Program-made: the position numbers and the translations under genes
In this document: positions 1 through 12,295 of the stretch, in pieces
How positions within the stretch are numbered: position 1 is the first letter of the stretch
Layout: every line of letters begins with the position of its first letter
Source: Convolutriloba macropyga
Lineage: Eukaryota
NCBI RefSeq assembly: GCF_964194025.1
Contig: NC_134478.1
Span: 5,704,001 to 5,768,000 of the forward strand
DNA: 64,000 nt
Direction: 5' to 3'
The notes under the pieces: generated by a model
Seen by the model: the letters and a program-made list of their open reading frames with translations, nothing else
Database searches by the model: none
Told to the model about the DNA's origin: nothing

Positions 1-2415
1 GTTCGACCGCAAGATATCTTTGCAAAACAATATTGAATTTGTTATGAAACGATTAAGTACACAGTGCTGGGTGATCTCGAAACTGAACCACTATGTACCT
101 CGAAAAAAACTTTTACTGTATAACAATTCTAACGTTAAGTCCCTCATTTAGTGGGACTTGCTAGCCTACGTGTGTTGTAAATACTCTAGCTGGAGTGGGA
201 TACTTACATAACAAAAAATTTTTGAACTTTATACCAGAAATTTTGCCGGTGAATGTCACTGATATCACACTGTGTCAGCTTTCAACTTTTGTACTTTCAA
301 TTAGACAGAACTTTCTCATTGGGGATACTGATTTAGTCAATTTGGTATTCAAGTAGATGAGTTTATTAGGGCTCCTGTCCCCAGCTGTTCCGGCAGCTGG
401 AGCGGGAGCTCTATTTTTTTAAATTATGGTTTTCCATACCAAATATCAGCCCCGAAGTTTTTTTAGTTTTCGAGACAAGGCCATTTTTGGTTCAAGATAG
501 CAAAGCACTTAGAAAATTTTCTGCCTCTCAGGAAGCAAAACTTAAGTTAATTGAAGTTTTTTCTCCGCGGCTTTTTAGTTCAATTGAGCGCAATATAACA
601 GCAGCTGACAGAGCAGAGAAACAGAGAAACTATTTCGTGTCTTCAGCACTACAGTGATAGAGCAGTTTCATATAGTATAGTGTTCTTCGTATTCTACTCG
701 AGTTGAGTAACGCTTATTCGGGTGGACCTTGTGTAGGCCTGTTGGCCTCATCGTCCGCCCTCTCCAGGTGCAGTATCCAACAAATTTTGAACTAATTTTA
801 AAGTTGAGTGAGAAAATGTTGTTTGAACAAAAATTTGCGTTCTCGAGTGTGATTTTTTTGTTCACGCGCGACAATTTGACTTGTTTTTTCGATTTTTATA
901 ATGGAATTTTTTGGAACATTTCGGATGAATTAGAGGTCAGTGTTTGGTAGAGAAAATTAGTTACTTTTGATATCTTTGCGGTACAATTTTGGGTACATTA
1001 AGTTTAAATTGTGTAAAATTTGGGTATTTTGGCAAAATTGGGTAAATTTAGGCTAGTTTGTCGAAAAATTTATTGAATTTGGGCAAGATATTAAGTTGAT
1101 TACTTGCGGATTACCTCAGGGATCTGTCCTGGACCCATTCTTTTCCTAATCTATATTAATGATCTTCCACATGTCTGTAAAAGTATCGAAGTTGATCTAT
1201 TTGCAGATGATTTTAATTTGTCTGCAATGGATACATCATTAGATGATATATCTGCCTAATTGCAATCTGTTAGCCATTGGCTAATATCTAATCAATTAGT
1301 CCTCAATGTTGACCAAACAGTAGTATCAAATGTCAGGAACCGAGCTTCCAATTTTGATTTACTTTAGCATACAAAGAAGTCCAGTACCATTTGTATTGTC
1401 TAGTATTTATTTAGGAGTTGTGTTCGACCGCAAGATATCTTTGCAAAACAATATTGAATTTGTTATGAAACGATTAAGTACACAGTGCTGGGTGATCTCG
1501 AAACTGAACCACTATGTACCTCGAAAAAAACTTTTACTTTATAACAATTCTAACGTTAAGTCCCTCATTTAGTGGGACTTGCTAGCCTACGTGTGTTGTA
1601 AATACTCTAGCTGGAGTGGGATACTTACATAACAAAAATTTTTTGAACTTTATACCAGAAATTTTGCCGGTGAATGTCACTGATATCACACTGTGTCAGC
1701 TTTCAACTTTTGTACTTTCAATTAGACAGAACTTTCTCATTGGGGATACTGATTTAGTCAATTTGGTATTCAAGTAGGTGAGTTTATTAGGGCTCCTGTC
1801 CCCAGCTGTTCCGGCAGGTGGAGCGGGAGCTCTATTTTTTTAAATTATGGTTTTCCATACCAAATATCAGCCCCGAAGTTGTTTTAGTTTTCGAGACATG
1901 GCCATTTTTTGGTTCAAGATAGCTCAGCTGACAGAGCAGAGAAACAAAGAAACTATCTCGTGTCTTCAGCACTACAGTGATAGAGCAGTTTTTTATAGTA
2001 TAGTGTTCTTCGTATTCTACTCGAGTTGAGTAACGCTTATTCGGGTGGACCTTTGTGTAGGCATGTTGGCCTCATCGTCCGCCCTCTCCAGGTGCAGTAT
2101 CCAACAAGTTTTGAACTAATTTTAAAGTTGAGTGAGAAAATGGTGTTTGAACAAAAATTTGCGTTCTCGAGTGTGATTTTTTTGTTCACGCGCGACAATT
2201 TGACTTGTTTTTTCGATTTTTATGATGGAGTTTTTTGGAACATTTGGGATGAATTAGAGGTCAGTGTTTGGTAGAGAAAATTAGTTACTTTTGATATCTT
2301 TGCGTAATTTGGGTATTTTGTAAAAATTGTGTAAAATTTGGGTATTTTGGCAAAATTGGGTAAATTTAGGCTAGTTTGTCGAACAATTAATTGAAATTGG
2401 GCAAGATATTAAGTG
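1..2415. repeat. Near-identical tandem duplication (1..~1095 = 1422..~2415); first copy truncated by window edge
   Basis: gttcgaccgcaagatatc at 1 and 1422; colinear near-identity to ...gggcaagatattaagt; copy 1 has an extra ~100 bp (about 501-602). Confidence 0.92.
1097..1660 (+). pseudogene. Degraded non-LTR retrotransposon reverse transcriptase fragment (partial second copy at 1-240)
   Basis: Across a frameshift reads ITCGLPQGSVLDP / FLIYINDLPHVCKSIEVDLFADD, then YLGVVFDRKISLQNNIEFV; stops and frameshifts present. Confidence 0.85.
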
Positions 2416-4711
2416 ACTCAGTTCAAAATTGCCTGAAAGTTGTGTAATTTTGATGTTTCGTCAGCGTTTCAAATTGATTCGTAAACGGCTAAGAATAGGC
2501 TATTTTTTCAGAAATTGGTTTTTTTTTTGGTAAGAACTGGGATAATTGGGAAGATTGCGATATTATATTGCATGTCTAGTTAGGATGAACGCTATTTTGA
2601 TAGCCATTGTTTTCATTTACAGTTGTAAAATCCAACGGTCATATTAACTTCAGGTTAGTACGTTCGGGAACGTCTGCTCTTTGTTCCCCTTTATTTGGAT
2701 CCATCTAATCAGCAGCTCTTTTCCTTAAAAATTTGCTGAAGTTTGACCGCATGAATAAACTAATGCAAAAAGGCTGACTCCTTAAATGAATAGAATTTTG
2801 TTATATTTTTTTTTGATAAAGCTTGGGAGTAAATGGGCAGATTTTGAGTTGTTTTGACCAAACAATTTTTTAATGTTAAAAATTGGATAACATTTGATAT
2901 AAATTTGCTTAATTTTTGATAAGGTCTGGTTAAATTGGGTAAAATCTGGGTAATTTGCAGTAAAATTGGTTAAGGTAGTCATTTTGCAGGGCAATAATTT
3001 GGGTAAATTTGGGATAATAAGTGGTAAAGTATGGCAAATTAGGGCAATTTTTCGTGAAGTTTGTCAATTTGGGCAAAATTTGGAAGATTTTAGATGAATC
3101 AGATTTCAAAGTTTGGTTAAAAAGTGATTTTCGGTACATTTGCGTTTATTTTTGGTACAGTTTGGGTACATTGATTTCAAATTGTGTAGATTTTGGGTGC
3201 TTTTCCAAAATTGGGTAAATTTAGGCTAGTTTGTCGAAAAATTGATTGAAATTGGGGAAGATATTTAGTAAACTAGGTCAAAATTGTCTGAAAGTTGTGT
3301 AGTTTTGATGTTTTGACTGTGTTTCAAAACCTGGGTAAAATGGCAAAGGTATTGGTTAAATTGAATCGAAAACGGCTAAAAATAGGGTATTTTTCCATAA
3401 TTTTATGTTATTGTTAGTGATAACGGATAATAAGGAAGATTGCAATATTATATCGCATGTTTAGTTGAGGTTAACGTAATTGTCGTAGTCCGTGTCTACA
3501 TTTACTGTTGCAATAATCGATGTTCATGCTAACTTCGGGTTAGTACATTCGACAGCTGCTGCTCTTTGTTCCTTTTATGCTGGATCCATCTAATCAGAGG
3601 CTTTTCTATAAAATTCTTGAAGTTTGACTGCATTAGGAAAAATGCAAAAGGTTGACTTAATTATTAAATGAAAGTTTGTATTTTTTTTATGAAAGTTGAG
3701 AATAGATTGGCAGATTTTAAGTCAATTAGGGGATAAAGTATTTTTTCTTTATTAGGTAAAAAATAGGATTAGAATGGCTTAAAAGTTGTGGGAAAATTAG
3801 GTAAAATTTGGCTGATTCCTAGTAAAATATACGGTAATTGTGCGACGCGGCAATTTGGGTTAAATTAGGATGATAAGTGCTAAAGTAGGGTAATTTTGCG
3901 TAAAGTTTGTGAAAAATTTGGAAGATTTTGGATTAATTACGTCAATTTTTAAAAAATTTACTTTGATAAAATTGCGTTAATTTTCGGTATTGCTGGAGTA
4001 TTTTTTGTTAAGTGTTTGAAAAATTGTAATTGTTTGAAAATTTGTGTGAAATTGGGAAGTTATTGAGTAAAGTAGTTAAAAAAAACAAAATTTGTGTTTT
4101 TTGGATGCTCTGATGGTTTTCGAAAAACCGGGGTTAACTATGGACGTTGTTGAGTTAGTTGCTTATTGGCTAAAAATTGATTTTTTGGTAAAGTTGGTGA
4201 AATCAAGGTATTTTTCTATTTTTTGTGTAAAATTATGAAGGTATTGGGTAAAGTAGAGAAAAATTGGGTAATTTTGGTAATATGTTGTTTTAAATCTTGG
4301 TATAGTTTTATGTTGGGATATATTTTTTGTTAAAAGTAGTGTATTATTTGTTACAATTTAAGTAAAATTTGTGAAATTGGAAGATATTGAGTCAAATAAT
4401 TTAAAAAATATGAGAATTGCGTGTTATTTGATGCTCTGATGGTTTTTGAAAAACCGGGGTAAATTATTGAAGTTGTTAGCTTAAATGCTTAATGGCTAAA
4501 AATTGCTTTTTTAAAAAATTAAATTAAGGTAATTTTTCCATTTGTTGGGTAAAGCTGAGAAGATATTGGGTAAAGTACGGAAAAGTTGGGTAATTATGGT
4601 AATATTTTCTTCAAAGTCTGGGTAAAGTTTTATGTTGGGTGATTTTTTGTTAAAACAGTGTATTATTTGTTAAATAATAGGTAAAATTTGTGAAATTGCA
4701 AAGATATTGAG
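2300..4711. repeat. Strand-biased low-complexity repeat (AAATTGGG/TAAAATT motifs) with diverged internal duplications; resumes at 9520-9820
   Basis: Recurrent aaattgggtaaa motifs; 2320-2850 resembles 3180-3720 and 4040-4370 resembles 4370-4710. Confidence 0.7.
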
Positions 4712-6261
4712 AGGATTCTTTTTTTGCAACAAGTAAATTAAAATTATAACCATGCGGTTAAATATACTTGAAACAAAAAATATTTCAAATCATTCAAACA
4801 ATAATAATATAATAAACATCAACAAATTTCATAAAGAATCACATTATAAAATTTTCTTTCGATTGTTTTCTTCCCAAAAATAAAAATAACTTTTAAAAGC
4901 TCCTACCTTAGTATTCAAAGGAATTTTTTCATGTTGTGAGAGAAAGAAATCATTCAACGTTTTCTTAAAAACGTTTTCATTTTTTGCCAACCGTAGCCAA
5001 TGTAACTTATTCCATTTTTGTACGCATTGACGAACAATCGAATTCATTCCAAAGCTGGTTTTGGCATTTTGTCTAATTTTGAATTGTTTTGTTCGAGCAT
5101 TTTGATGAAGACTCAGATACCCCTGAAAATTTTCAGAATTTTCTGGCCTAGCGATATCATAATGAAATTTGTCAAGCGACATTTTTGCTATTATTTGCTC
5201 AGCTGGGAGGGTATTTGTCTGGATTAGCAGATCTCTCGCTTTGTCATACTTTTTGCGTAGAAAGCACACCTTTATACCCCAGTTAATCTGTCGGTTATGG
5301 AGTTTTAGGTTTTTTGCAGATAAATTTTGAAAAAAGATTGCCGAAAATGATAAGTGTGAAAGCACAACTGATTTTAGAATGCGCGCGTTCAGGGGAACTT
5401 GATGTCTTATAAGGTAAATTGATCTTATAGCTTGAGCCATCTTTTTCAAGGTTTTATTCAGCTGCTCCTCCAAACTAAGATTCCTGTCAATTTGAATACC
5501 AAGCTATTTGCAACTTTTTTGTCTCGTGAGAACTTCGTTTTTGTAAAAAATAGATCCAAAATCTGAATTATCGCGCGAGAAAAAGATTAATTCGTCTTTG
5601 TTTGTATTCAAAGTTAGTTTGTTCATCTCTACATGTTCTTCTTTTTTTGTAATACTTCCGTGACTTTTCCATGTAAGCTACTTTTCTGTCCACAACAGAC
5701 AATACTTGTGTCATCTGCGAATTGAATGACCTTTTCCGTTGTGCTTATATTAGACGAGAAATCGTTCACATATAAAAGAAAAATGATTGGTCCTAAAACA
5801 GTTCCTTGTGGCACACCGTGATTCAAAACTTCACAATCAGAGAATATGCTATTAAGTTTTATCTTTTGTCTGCGTTTGGCAAGAAATGAAAACAGTAATT
5901 CTTTTGCTTCCTGGGAAAAACCATACATTTAAATTTTTGTAGGGAAAATGTTATGCGAAATGGAATTAAATGCTTTTGCAAGGTCTAGAAAAATAGCAAT
6001 AGTTTCTTTGCTTTGATCTAAATTAGCAGAAACTTTCAACCAGTTCTAGAACTGCATCTGTTGCAGACTTTTTTTCTAAAATCCGAACTGCTCTTTGTTT
6101 ATAATTTTATGCTTATCAATGAACTCCATCATCTGAATCAGAAGGAGGCGCTCAAAATTTTTTGCAAAACTCGGAGTTACAGAAATTGTTCGATAATTTG
6201 TGCTATCTAATTTACACTTGTTTTGAAAATTGGTGTTACATTGGCTAGTTTCATTTTAGTT

Positions 6262-7203
6262 GGGAAAATTTTCTCTTCAATGCACTCATTTAAGGCGAAC
6301 TGTAGATGTACGCCTATAGCTAATTTGCAAGACTTTATGGGTCGATTTGAGATTTCATCAGGTCCTGCTGCTTTGTTATCGTTCAGCGAGTCAATGACTG
6401 AACAAATTTTTTTTCTGGTCACAGTTCTGATTGTGAATTCAGTTATATTAAGTTTATCAGGGTATTTAACAGCAATATCCAAACCTTTGAAAACACCTAG
6501 ATTAGCAAATGATCTATTCAGACAATTGACGATACTTTTTGGTTCCCTTGAAATTTCACCACTGTCTAATCTGATTTCATCAACATTGACAATTCTTTCA
6601 TTCGGACTGGTCTTTTGTTTAATGAATTTCCATTGTTCCTTACTTGTTGGTAGTTTTTGGAAGAAATTGATGCAAAAATTGTTGTGCGCCTCCCTTAGTC
6701 TCCTATTAACTAGGTTTCTTTTACTAAGTCTCCTATTAACCAAGGGAATATTTTCTCCTTAATGCACTCATTTAAGGCGAACTGTAGATGAACGCCTATA
6801 GCTAATTTGCAAGACTTTATGAGTCGAATTGAGATTTCATCAGGTCCTGCTGCTTTGCTATCGTCCAGCGAGTCAATGACTGAATGAAGTTCTTTTCTAG
6901 TCACATTTCTGAATGTGAATTCAGATATATTAGGTTTATCAGGGTATTTACAAGCAATATACAAACCTCTGAAAACACCTAGATTAGCAAATGATCTATT
7001 CAGACAATTGACAATATTTTTTGGTTCCCTTGAAATTTCACCACTTTCTAATCTGATTTCATCAACCTTGACAATTCTTTCATTCGGACTGGTCTTTTGT
7101 TTAATGAATTTCCATTGTTCCTTACTTGTTGGTAGTTTTTGGAAGAAATGGATGCAAAAATTGTTGTGCGCCTCCTTTAGTCGCCTATTAACTAAGTTTC
7201 TTA
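6262..7203. repeat. ~480-bp diverged tandem duplication inside LINE ORF2
   Basis: 6262-6722 matches 6744-7203; both encode NLVNRRL..AHNNFCI.FFQKLPTSKEQWKF...FALNECI.EKIFP. Confidence 0.9.
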
Positions 7204-8267
7204 AGCGCTTAAATTTTTTGTACGTCTCGCTCTCAGGAATTTTTTTCCATTTATTGAACAAAAAATGTTTTTGTGCAATCAAATGTTTCAATTTGTATGT
7301 TAACCAGGGCTTAGATTTCTTATAAGTTTCTCCCTTTTTGACACTCTGAATTGGCGCGTGTTTTTCAACAATTTTCTCAAAAATATCGGGGAATGAATAA
7401 AGCATATCGTTGCCATTCTCGCATTGGTACATTCTACACCATTCGGCGAGGGCAAGATCTCTGTTAAATTTAGAGCGTGAGAAAAGTCGAAAATTTCTCA
7501 TCGTTATTATGTTGTCGCTCTCAGATTTTAATGAGACGTTTGATTCGAAGATAACAAGAAACTGGTCGGATTTAAAATGCGTTGTTGTGACGCTGTAGGC
7601 AATTATCTGATCTTTTGAAACGAAACAGTGATCAATAAGTGTAAATGTGTTATCAGTACCTATGGTTGCATCCCTTAGGTTAACAATTTCTAATCCTGAA
7701 TTTGACGCAAAAAGGTCTAGTTTACTTTTTTCTGTCTTGTTCAGATAATTCAAGTTGTAATCTCCCAGCAAAATAACTTTATCTGTAACGCTATATGCTC
7801 CCGATAGTTCGGTACTTAACTGATCAAGAAAATACTCACCAAGACGTTTGTTGACAATAAGAAACGTTAACAAGTAATTTTTCAGTCAGAGGCTCAGTTA
7901 TTTCAACCCAAATGGATTCAAAAAACTCTCATCAACCGTTTCCAGGCTTGATTTAATATAGGCGATAAATTTTTTCGGGACAAAAATACCTACTCCTCCG
8001 CCCTTTGAAGCCCCCTTTTTTTTCTGATCTGCATTTCCCAAGGAAAGCATACGATGCTGTTAAAAAGTTATTTTCAGTATTAGAATCAGTGTCCAACCAG
8101 GTTTCAGTTACAGCGACAAACGTATTAATGGGAGCTGTTTGCAAAAAGTTTGCAAACTCTTCAAACTTAATATTCAAGCTTTGACAATTAATAAGGAAAA
8201 ATAAAGGCGAGTGGCTTGTTCCTCTGTTTTTTAAGTAACTTGAATACTCAATCAAATTTTCCAGTTG

Positions 8268-8294
8268 AGGCCCTGGGTTCAATTCAATGTCCCC
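8268..8294 (-). other. 2A-like ribosome-skipping (StopGo) peptide motif GDIELNPGP
   Basis: Exact D(V/I)ExNPGP consensus preceded by LMLS, immediately upstream of the APE domain. Confidence 0.85.
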
Positions 8295-8545
8295 TGACAG
8301 CATGAGACGTACACGTGAACAAAAAATTAACAGTTTTAAGAAGAAAACAAAAAAAGTATGAATCAACTGTTGAAAACAAAAAAGTATGAGTCAAAAAAAT
8401 AACAAACATTAGGTTTGTTGAAATAATACTTTTCAAATGTGCGCTTATGAATTTCAGTATGATTCTCTTCCCATAAGTATACTGAAAATTAAAAATATCA
8501 AGAAAAGTCACATTGTTCTATATTTCAACAAACCATCAGCCAAAT

Positions 8546-9268
8546 TTATAATGAGTTGGAGGTAAAAATGCTTGTTTTGGATGGAAACCAAAAACATTGT
8601 TTTTTATCATAGTGATCAAAATTTTCTCCAAAGTTTCGGTCGATGATTCTCGGTTTTATTTCAGTTTCTGACACCGTAAGCCCAAGATGCACGTAGAAGT
8701 TCCGAATATTTCTGACAAGTTTAGGTATACCATGACTGACTGATGGGTGTACTCCATCATTGCTTATATCTTTCGTTTCCAGTATATTATTCAAAAAAAC
8801 AACGTCAATATCAAAAACGCCACTCAACTCCGTTGCAACATTTTCTAACGCTTCATCATATTTGTCTAAGTTTTCGTTATTTTTGCTGCGACCAAAAAAG
8901 CCATCTTTAACTGGTGGAATTTTGCAAAGTCTAACTTTGAGTGGTGACAGTTTCTTTATAATTTCCGACGCAGTTTCCATTAAAATACTAGCTGTTTCAA
9001 AACCGCTATTTCCCGAATCAATATTGTTATGTCCAGCATGTATAATAGGATTTTCAATCTTGTGATAACCGTTGTATTGTTTTTTTTTTAAATTTGATAA
9101 GTCTTGAACTTTTGCTGCAGGATAGGAGTGTATAGCTGTACATGGGCTCAGATCTTTTGCTTGTACTTTTTTTGTATGTACTATCCGGAAGAATAAGTGT
9201 CTTTGTTGATCTTGGTATAAACTTTGGATAAAAAATCTTGGTTTGTTGTTGAACTTTGTTGTTGTCAT
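8546..9268 (-). CDS. LINE ORF1 C-terminal SGNH/GDSL esterase-like domain (probably decayed)
   Basis: IIHAGHNN (GxN block) and SNDGVHP (DxxH block); located upstream of ORF2. Confidence 0.75.
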   Translation of the reverse strand: MTTTKFNNKPRFFIQSLYQDQQRHLFFRIVHTKKVQAKDLSPCTAIHSYPAAKVQDLSNLKKKQYNGYHKIENPIIHAGHNNIDSGNSGFETASILMETASEIIKKLSPLKVRLCKIPPVKDGFFGRSKNNENLDKYDEALENVATELSGVFDIDVVFLNNILETKDISNDGVHPSVSHGIPKLVRNIRNFYVHLGLTVSETEIKPRIIDRNFGENFDHYDKKQCFWFPSKTSIFTSNSL

Positions 9269-10278
9269 GGATTTGGTTCGATGTTTTTTCGTTTACTTTT
9301 TCAATTAGATTACAACCATTTTGTTATTTTGTTGTCAGAGGAAAGCATTTTCATCTTTAAGTTGTAATAATAATTTATTCAAATTCAAACATTCACTTAT
9401 CAAGTCTTCTTTCTTTCTTTTTTCAAAATCTTTCCTCTCTTTAGGTACCTCTGTCATTGTTTCGAAAGAGCTGTGGTTTGTTTGTGTGTTTTACAAAAAG
9501 CGCATGCGACTGACTTCTTTGACTTCGGTCAAAATTTTGTGAAAGTTGGTTAATTTTTGATGTTTTGATACGTTTTGAAAAACAGGGGTAAAATTGTGAG
9601 GATCTAAGGTAAATCAGTTCGAAATCGGTTGAGAATAGGTTAATTTAATAAATTTGAAAGTGGATGAAAAAAAATTTTCAAAATTTACATTTTTTTGAAC
9701 GTTGTGTGAGTTTGCAAAAACTTGGTGTGACATATGCTGCTAATTGTGCTTTAAGGGGAATTGTGAAGGAACTTGGTTGAATTGGTAAATTTTTGTAACA
9801 GTTGGCAGATATTAACTCAAGTAGTTAATACATACGTGCATCCTTCAGAAATCGATGAAAATAGGCTATACGTACTTGCTCACTTGCTACTGTTCCTGTA
9901 TTTTTTCGCTGATAGTTCGAAAAGAGGTTTTATTTTTAGCTGTTGTAATAATGGTTATTATAACATCGAATGTAACAGTGAAGTCGGACCATCATGAAGC
10001 GTGCTCCGTATCTACAGTTATAAACAAAGTGTTGTTGCTCTATAGACTACAAAACTAGAAAAACCGTTGTAACCAAAAATTGTTTACCAAAAAAAAACGT
10101 TTGCTGTTTTCACGTCGAGCAGCTTCGTAGTGATCAACTGATTTGATTGATACCTCTTTCCGATTGTTACGATTGCAATTGTTATCTCCTGTTATCAGTT
10201 GTGTTTGAGAGAAGAAGTAAAGGAATACTCTTCTGTTTATAGTGAAACTAAATCACCTCTGCTGTGAATTGACCAGTA

Positions 10279-10484
10279 ATGAAGTTATCATGGATCTGCG
10301 ATTTCTACCAGAACAAAGACTGTCGCAAGGGTCCCAAATGTACGCGACTGCACATCTGTGCCAATTTTTTATCTAAAGAGTGCGGCGATGAATCCAGGTG
10401 TGGTCTGAATCATCAACTGTCGCCCAAAGATGCAAGCATGCTTTCGAGTCAGGGTGTGAATGTTAACAGTGTACACGTTTTCAG
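10279..10484 (+). CDS. Exon 1 of PARP12/ZC3HAV1(ZAP)-like zinc finger CCCH-WWE-PARP gene: two CCCH fingers
   Basis: ATG at 10279; two C-x7-C-x5-C-x3-H fingers (CDFYQNKDCRKGPKCTRLH, CANFLSKECGDESRCGLNH); donor CAG|GTTAGT at 10485, phase 2, matching the acceptor at 36365. Confidence 0.82.
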
Positions 10485-11296
10485 GTTAGTCCTCCTACTT
10501 TCATGCCTCAGGATTTCGCCAATTGTCAAACGTTGCCACCATCTGTATGGAGATTAGATAGAAATGATAGTTTGTGATAACTAAGGCAGTTCTCAAGATA
10601 CAAAGCCAGTAGACACTCCAAAAAATAGCACCGGAAAGTTTTTTCAGCGTAGGGCTGTACCACATTGTATGCGCTTGAAAAATAATATTAAAGGTTGTAC
10701 TGTTAGATACATCCGGTCATAAGAAAATACGCCAATATACTTTGCCTTTTTCAGAGTGATATTAGATTTATCCAACTTTTACCTAGCTGTCAATCTGCAA
10801 TTGTTGCGAAACAATTGAGGAAACAGAAGGAATCTAAACATTCAGTTAAACAGTTAAGTTTCCCACAGAAGATCTGTTAATATAATTAATTGCTCTCGAA
10901 CGAAGTTCGATATATTATTGTGAACGTTGTGTGTCTTTTTACTGTGTACAAAATTTTTTCTTGACCGCTTCTAAAACGTTATTTTGATGTCACTTCTTAA
11001 TTTTTTTACGCTTGACTTTTCAATTTTTGTGGAATCTAAAATGCTTTTATACGGAATGTACGTCTGTTCCTAAAAGAAAGCAGATTGGAAGATCATTCAC
11101 AAGACCGTGATAACCCAGTGGTTAATGCTTCCCTCTGCTACACCGTAGGTCGCGGGTTCAAACGCCTACGGGTCGGAGTGTTTTGCATCCATAAAAAATA
11201 TCTAGGCTGATGCCTCCTCTGAATTAAATTGTCATTTGAGAGCAATTTTTCCCACGTTAAGAATAATATTACAGGTTGTACTGTTAGATACATCTG

Positions 11297-12263
11297 CCCA
11301 GGTCGAGGTGGCCAGACCGAAGTGACCCCTGATCAGACGAGTTTCGAGCGCACACATGTTCCCGGTGCGCTCGAATTACATGGTCTGGAAAAGGCTTCGA
11401 GCGCATTTTTGTCTGGAAAATGGTCTGGAACTTGCCTGATCAGAGGCCACTTTGTTCTGGGACGGTCTGATAAGAGGTCACTTTGGTCTGGGACGGTCTG
11501 ATCAGAGACAGTTTCAGGCGCGCACAAGTCTGATCAGAGGCCAATTCGAGCGCACACTAGTCTGACCAGAGACCAATTCGAGCGACATTTTTTTCAAGTT
11601 TTTTTTTGTTTTCTTACTGACTTTTGTTGTCTCGGTTAAGTGACAACAATAAAACAGCATTCTGATCGGAACTGCATCTGAAAATTTGATGGGTTTGATC
11701 AGAACCAAGGGGTCCAGCTGATAACAACTGCCGGTCCCCTCAAGAAAAGATTTTGAATCAAAGTAGATCAAGACGTTTTTATGCAGAGCTGTATAAGTTT
11801 ATTTTTTCAGTTAAAAGCATAAAAAAATGGCATACTCAGTAATTTTTTTTATCATTTTTTTTTTCGATTTACTTTCATTAACAATACTTTCAGGATTGGT
11901 TTTTTGTTAGTTGAATATAAGATTGATAAAATGATAGATGAAATGAATATATTATAACGATATTGAGAGATTTGTTCATGTTTAAAATCATTCTCTGATC
12001 AGACTATTTCGAACGCACTTTAGTCTGGACAATGGTCTGGAACTCGTCTGGACAATAGTCTGGACCTTGTCTGATCAGGGGTCACTTTGGTCTGGAAATC
12101 GCCTGATCAGAGGCGGCTTCGAGCGCACTTCGAGCGCACAATGATCTTCGAGCGCATTCTTGTCTGATCAGAGGTTACTTCGGTCTGGGACGGTCTGATC
12201 AGAGGTCTCACTTGTCTGGGATGGTCTGATCAGAGGCGATTTCGAGCGCGACCTCAACCTGGG
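11297..12263. mobile_element. Non-autonomous CACTA/EnSpm-like DNA transposon (967 bp) inserted in the satellite
   Basis: TIR CCCAGGTCGAGGT / ACCTCAACCTGGG (12 of 13 match); 2-bp TSD TG restoring catcTGgtca; many subterminal TCTGATCAGA, TCTGG and TTCGAGCGC motifs around an AT-rich core. Confidence 0.85.
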
Positions 12264-12295
12264 TGGTCACAAGAAAATACGCCAATATAATTTGC

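Larger units (their letters stand above)
4844..8511 (-). pseudogene. LINE ORF2 (apurinic endonuclease plus reverse transcriptase), frameshifted
   Basis: ORF pieces 8284-8511, 7953-8366, 6710-7873, 6207-6743, 5629-5928 and 4844-5473 carry consecutive APE/RT motifs; terminal APE SDH reads SDQ. Confidence 0.9.
4712..9519 (-). mobile_element. Near full-length disrupted LINE of the CR1/L2 group (ORF1 esterase; ORF2 2A-APE-RT)
   Basis: Ordered minus-strand motifs: SGNH ORF1; GDIELNPGP; APE motifs INCQSL, VTETWL, LLGDYN, LIDHCF; RT motifs KAAGPDEI, LDLAKAFNSI, GVPQGTVLGP, QFADDT. Removing it rejoins the flanking repeat aagatattgag|tgacttcggtcaaaatt. Confidence 0.92.

Noticed and set aside
6223-9065. 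Plus-strand ORFs 6223-6762, 6915-7325 and 8760-9065
   Set aside because: Antisense shadows of the LINE ORFs.
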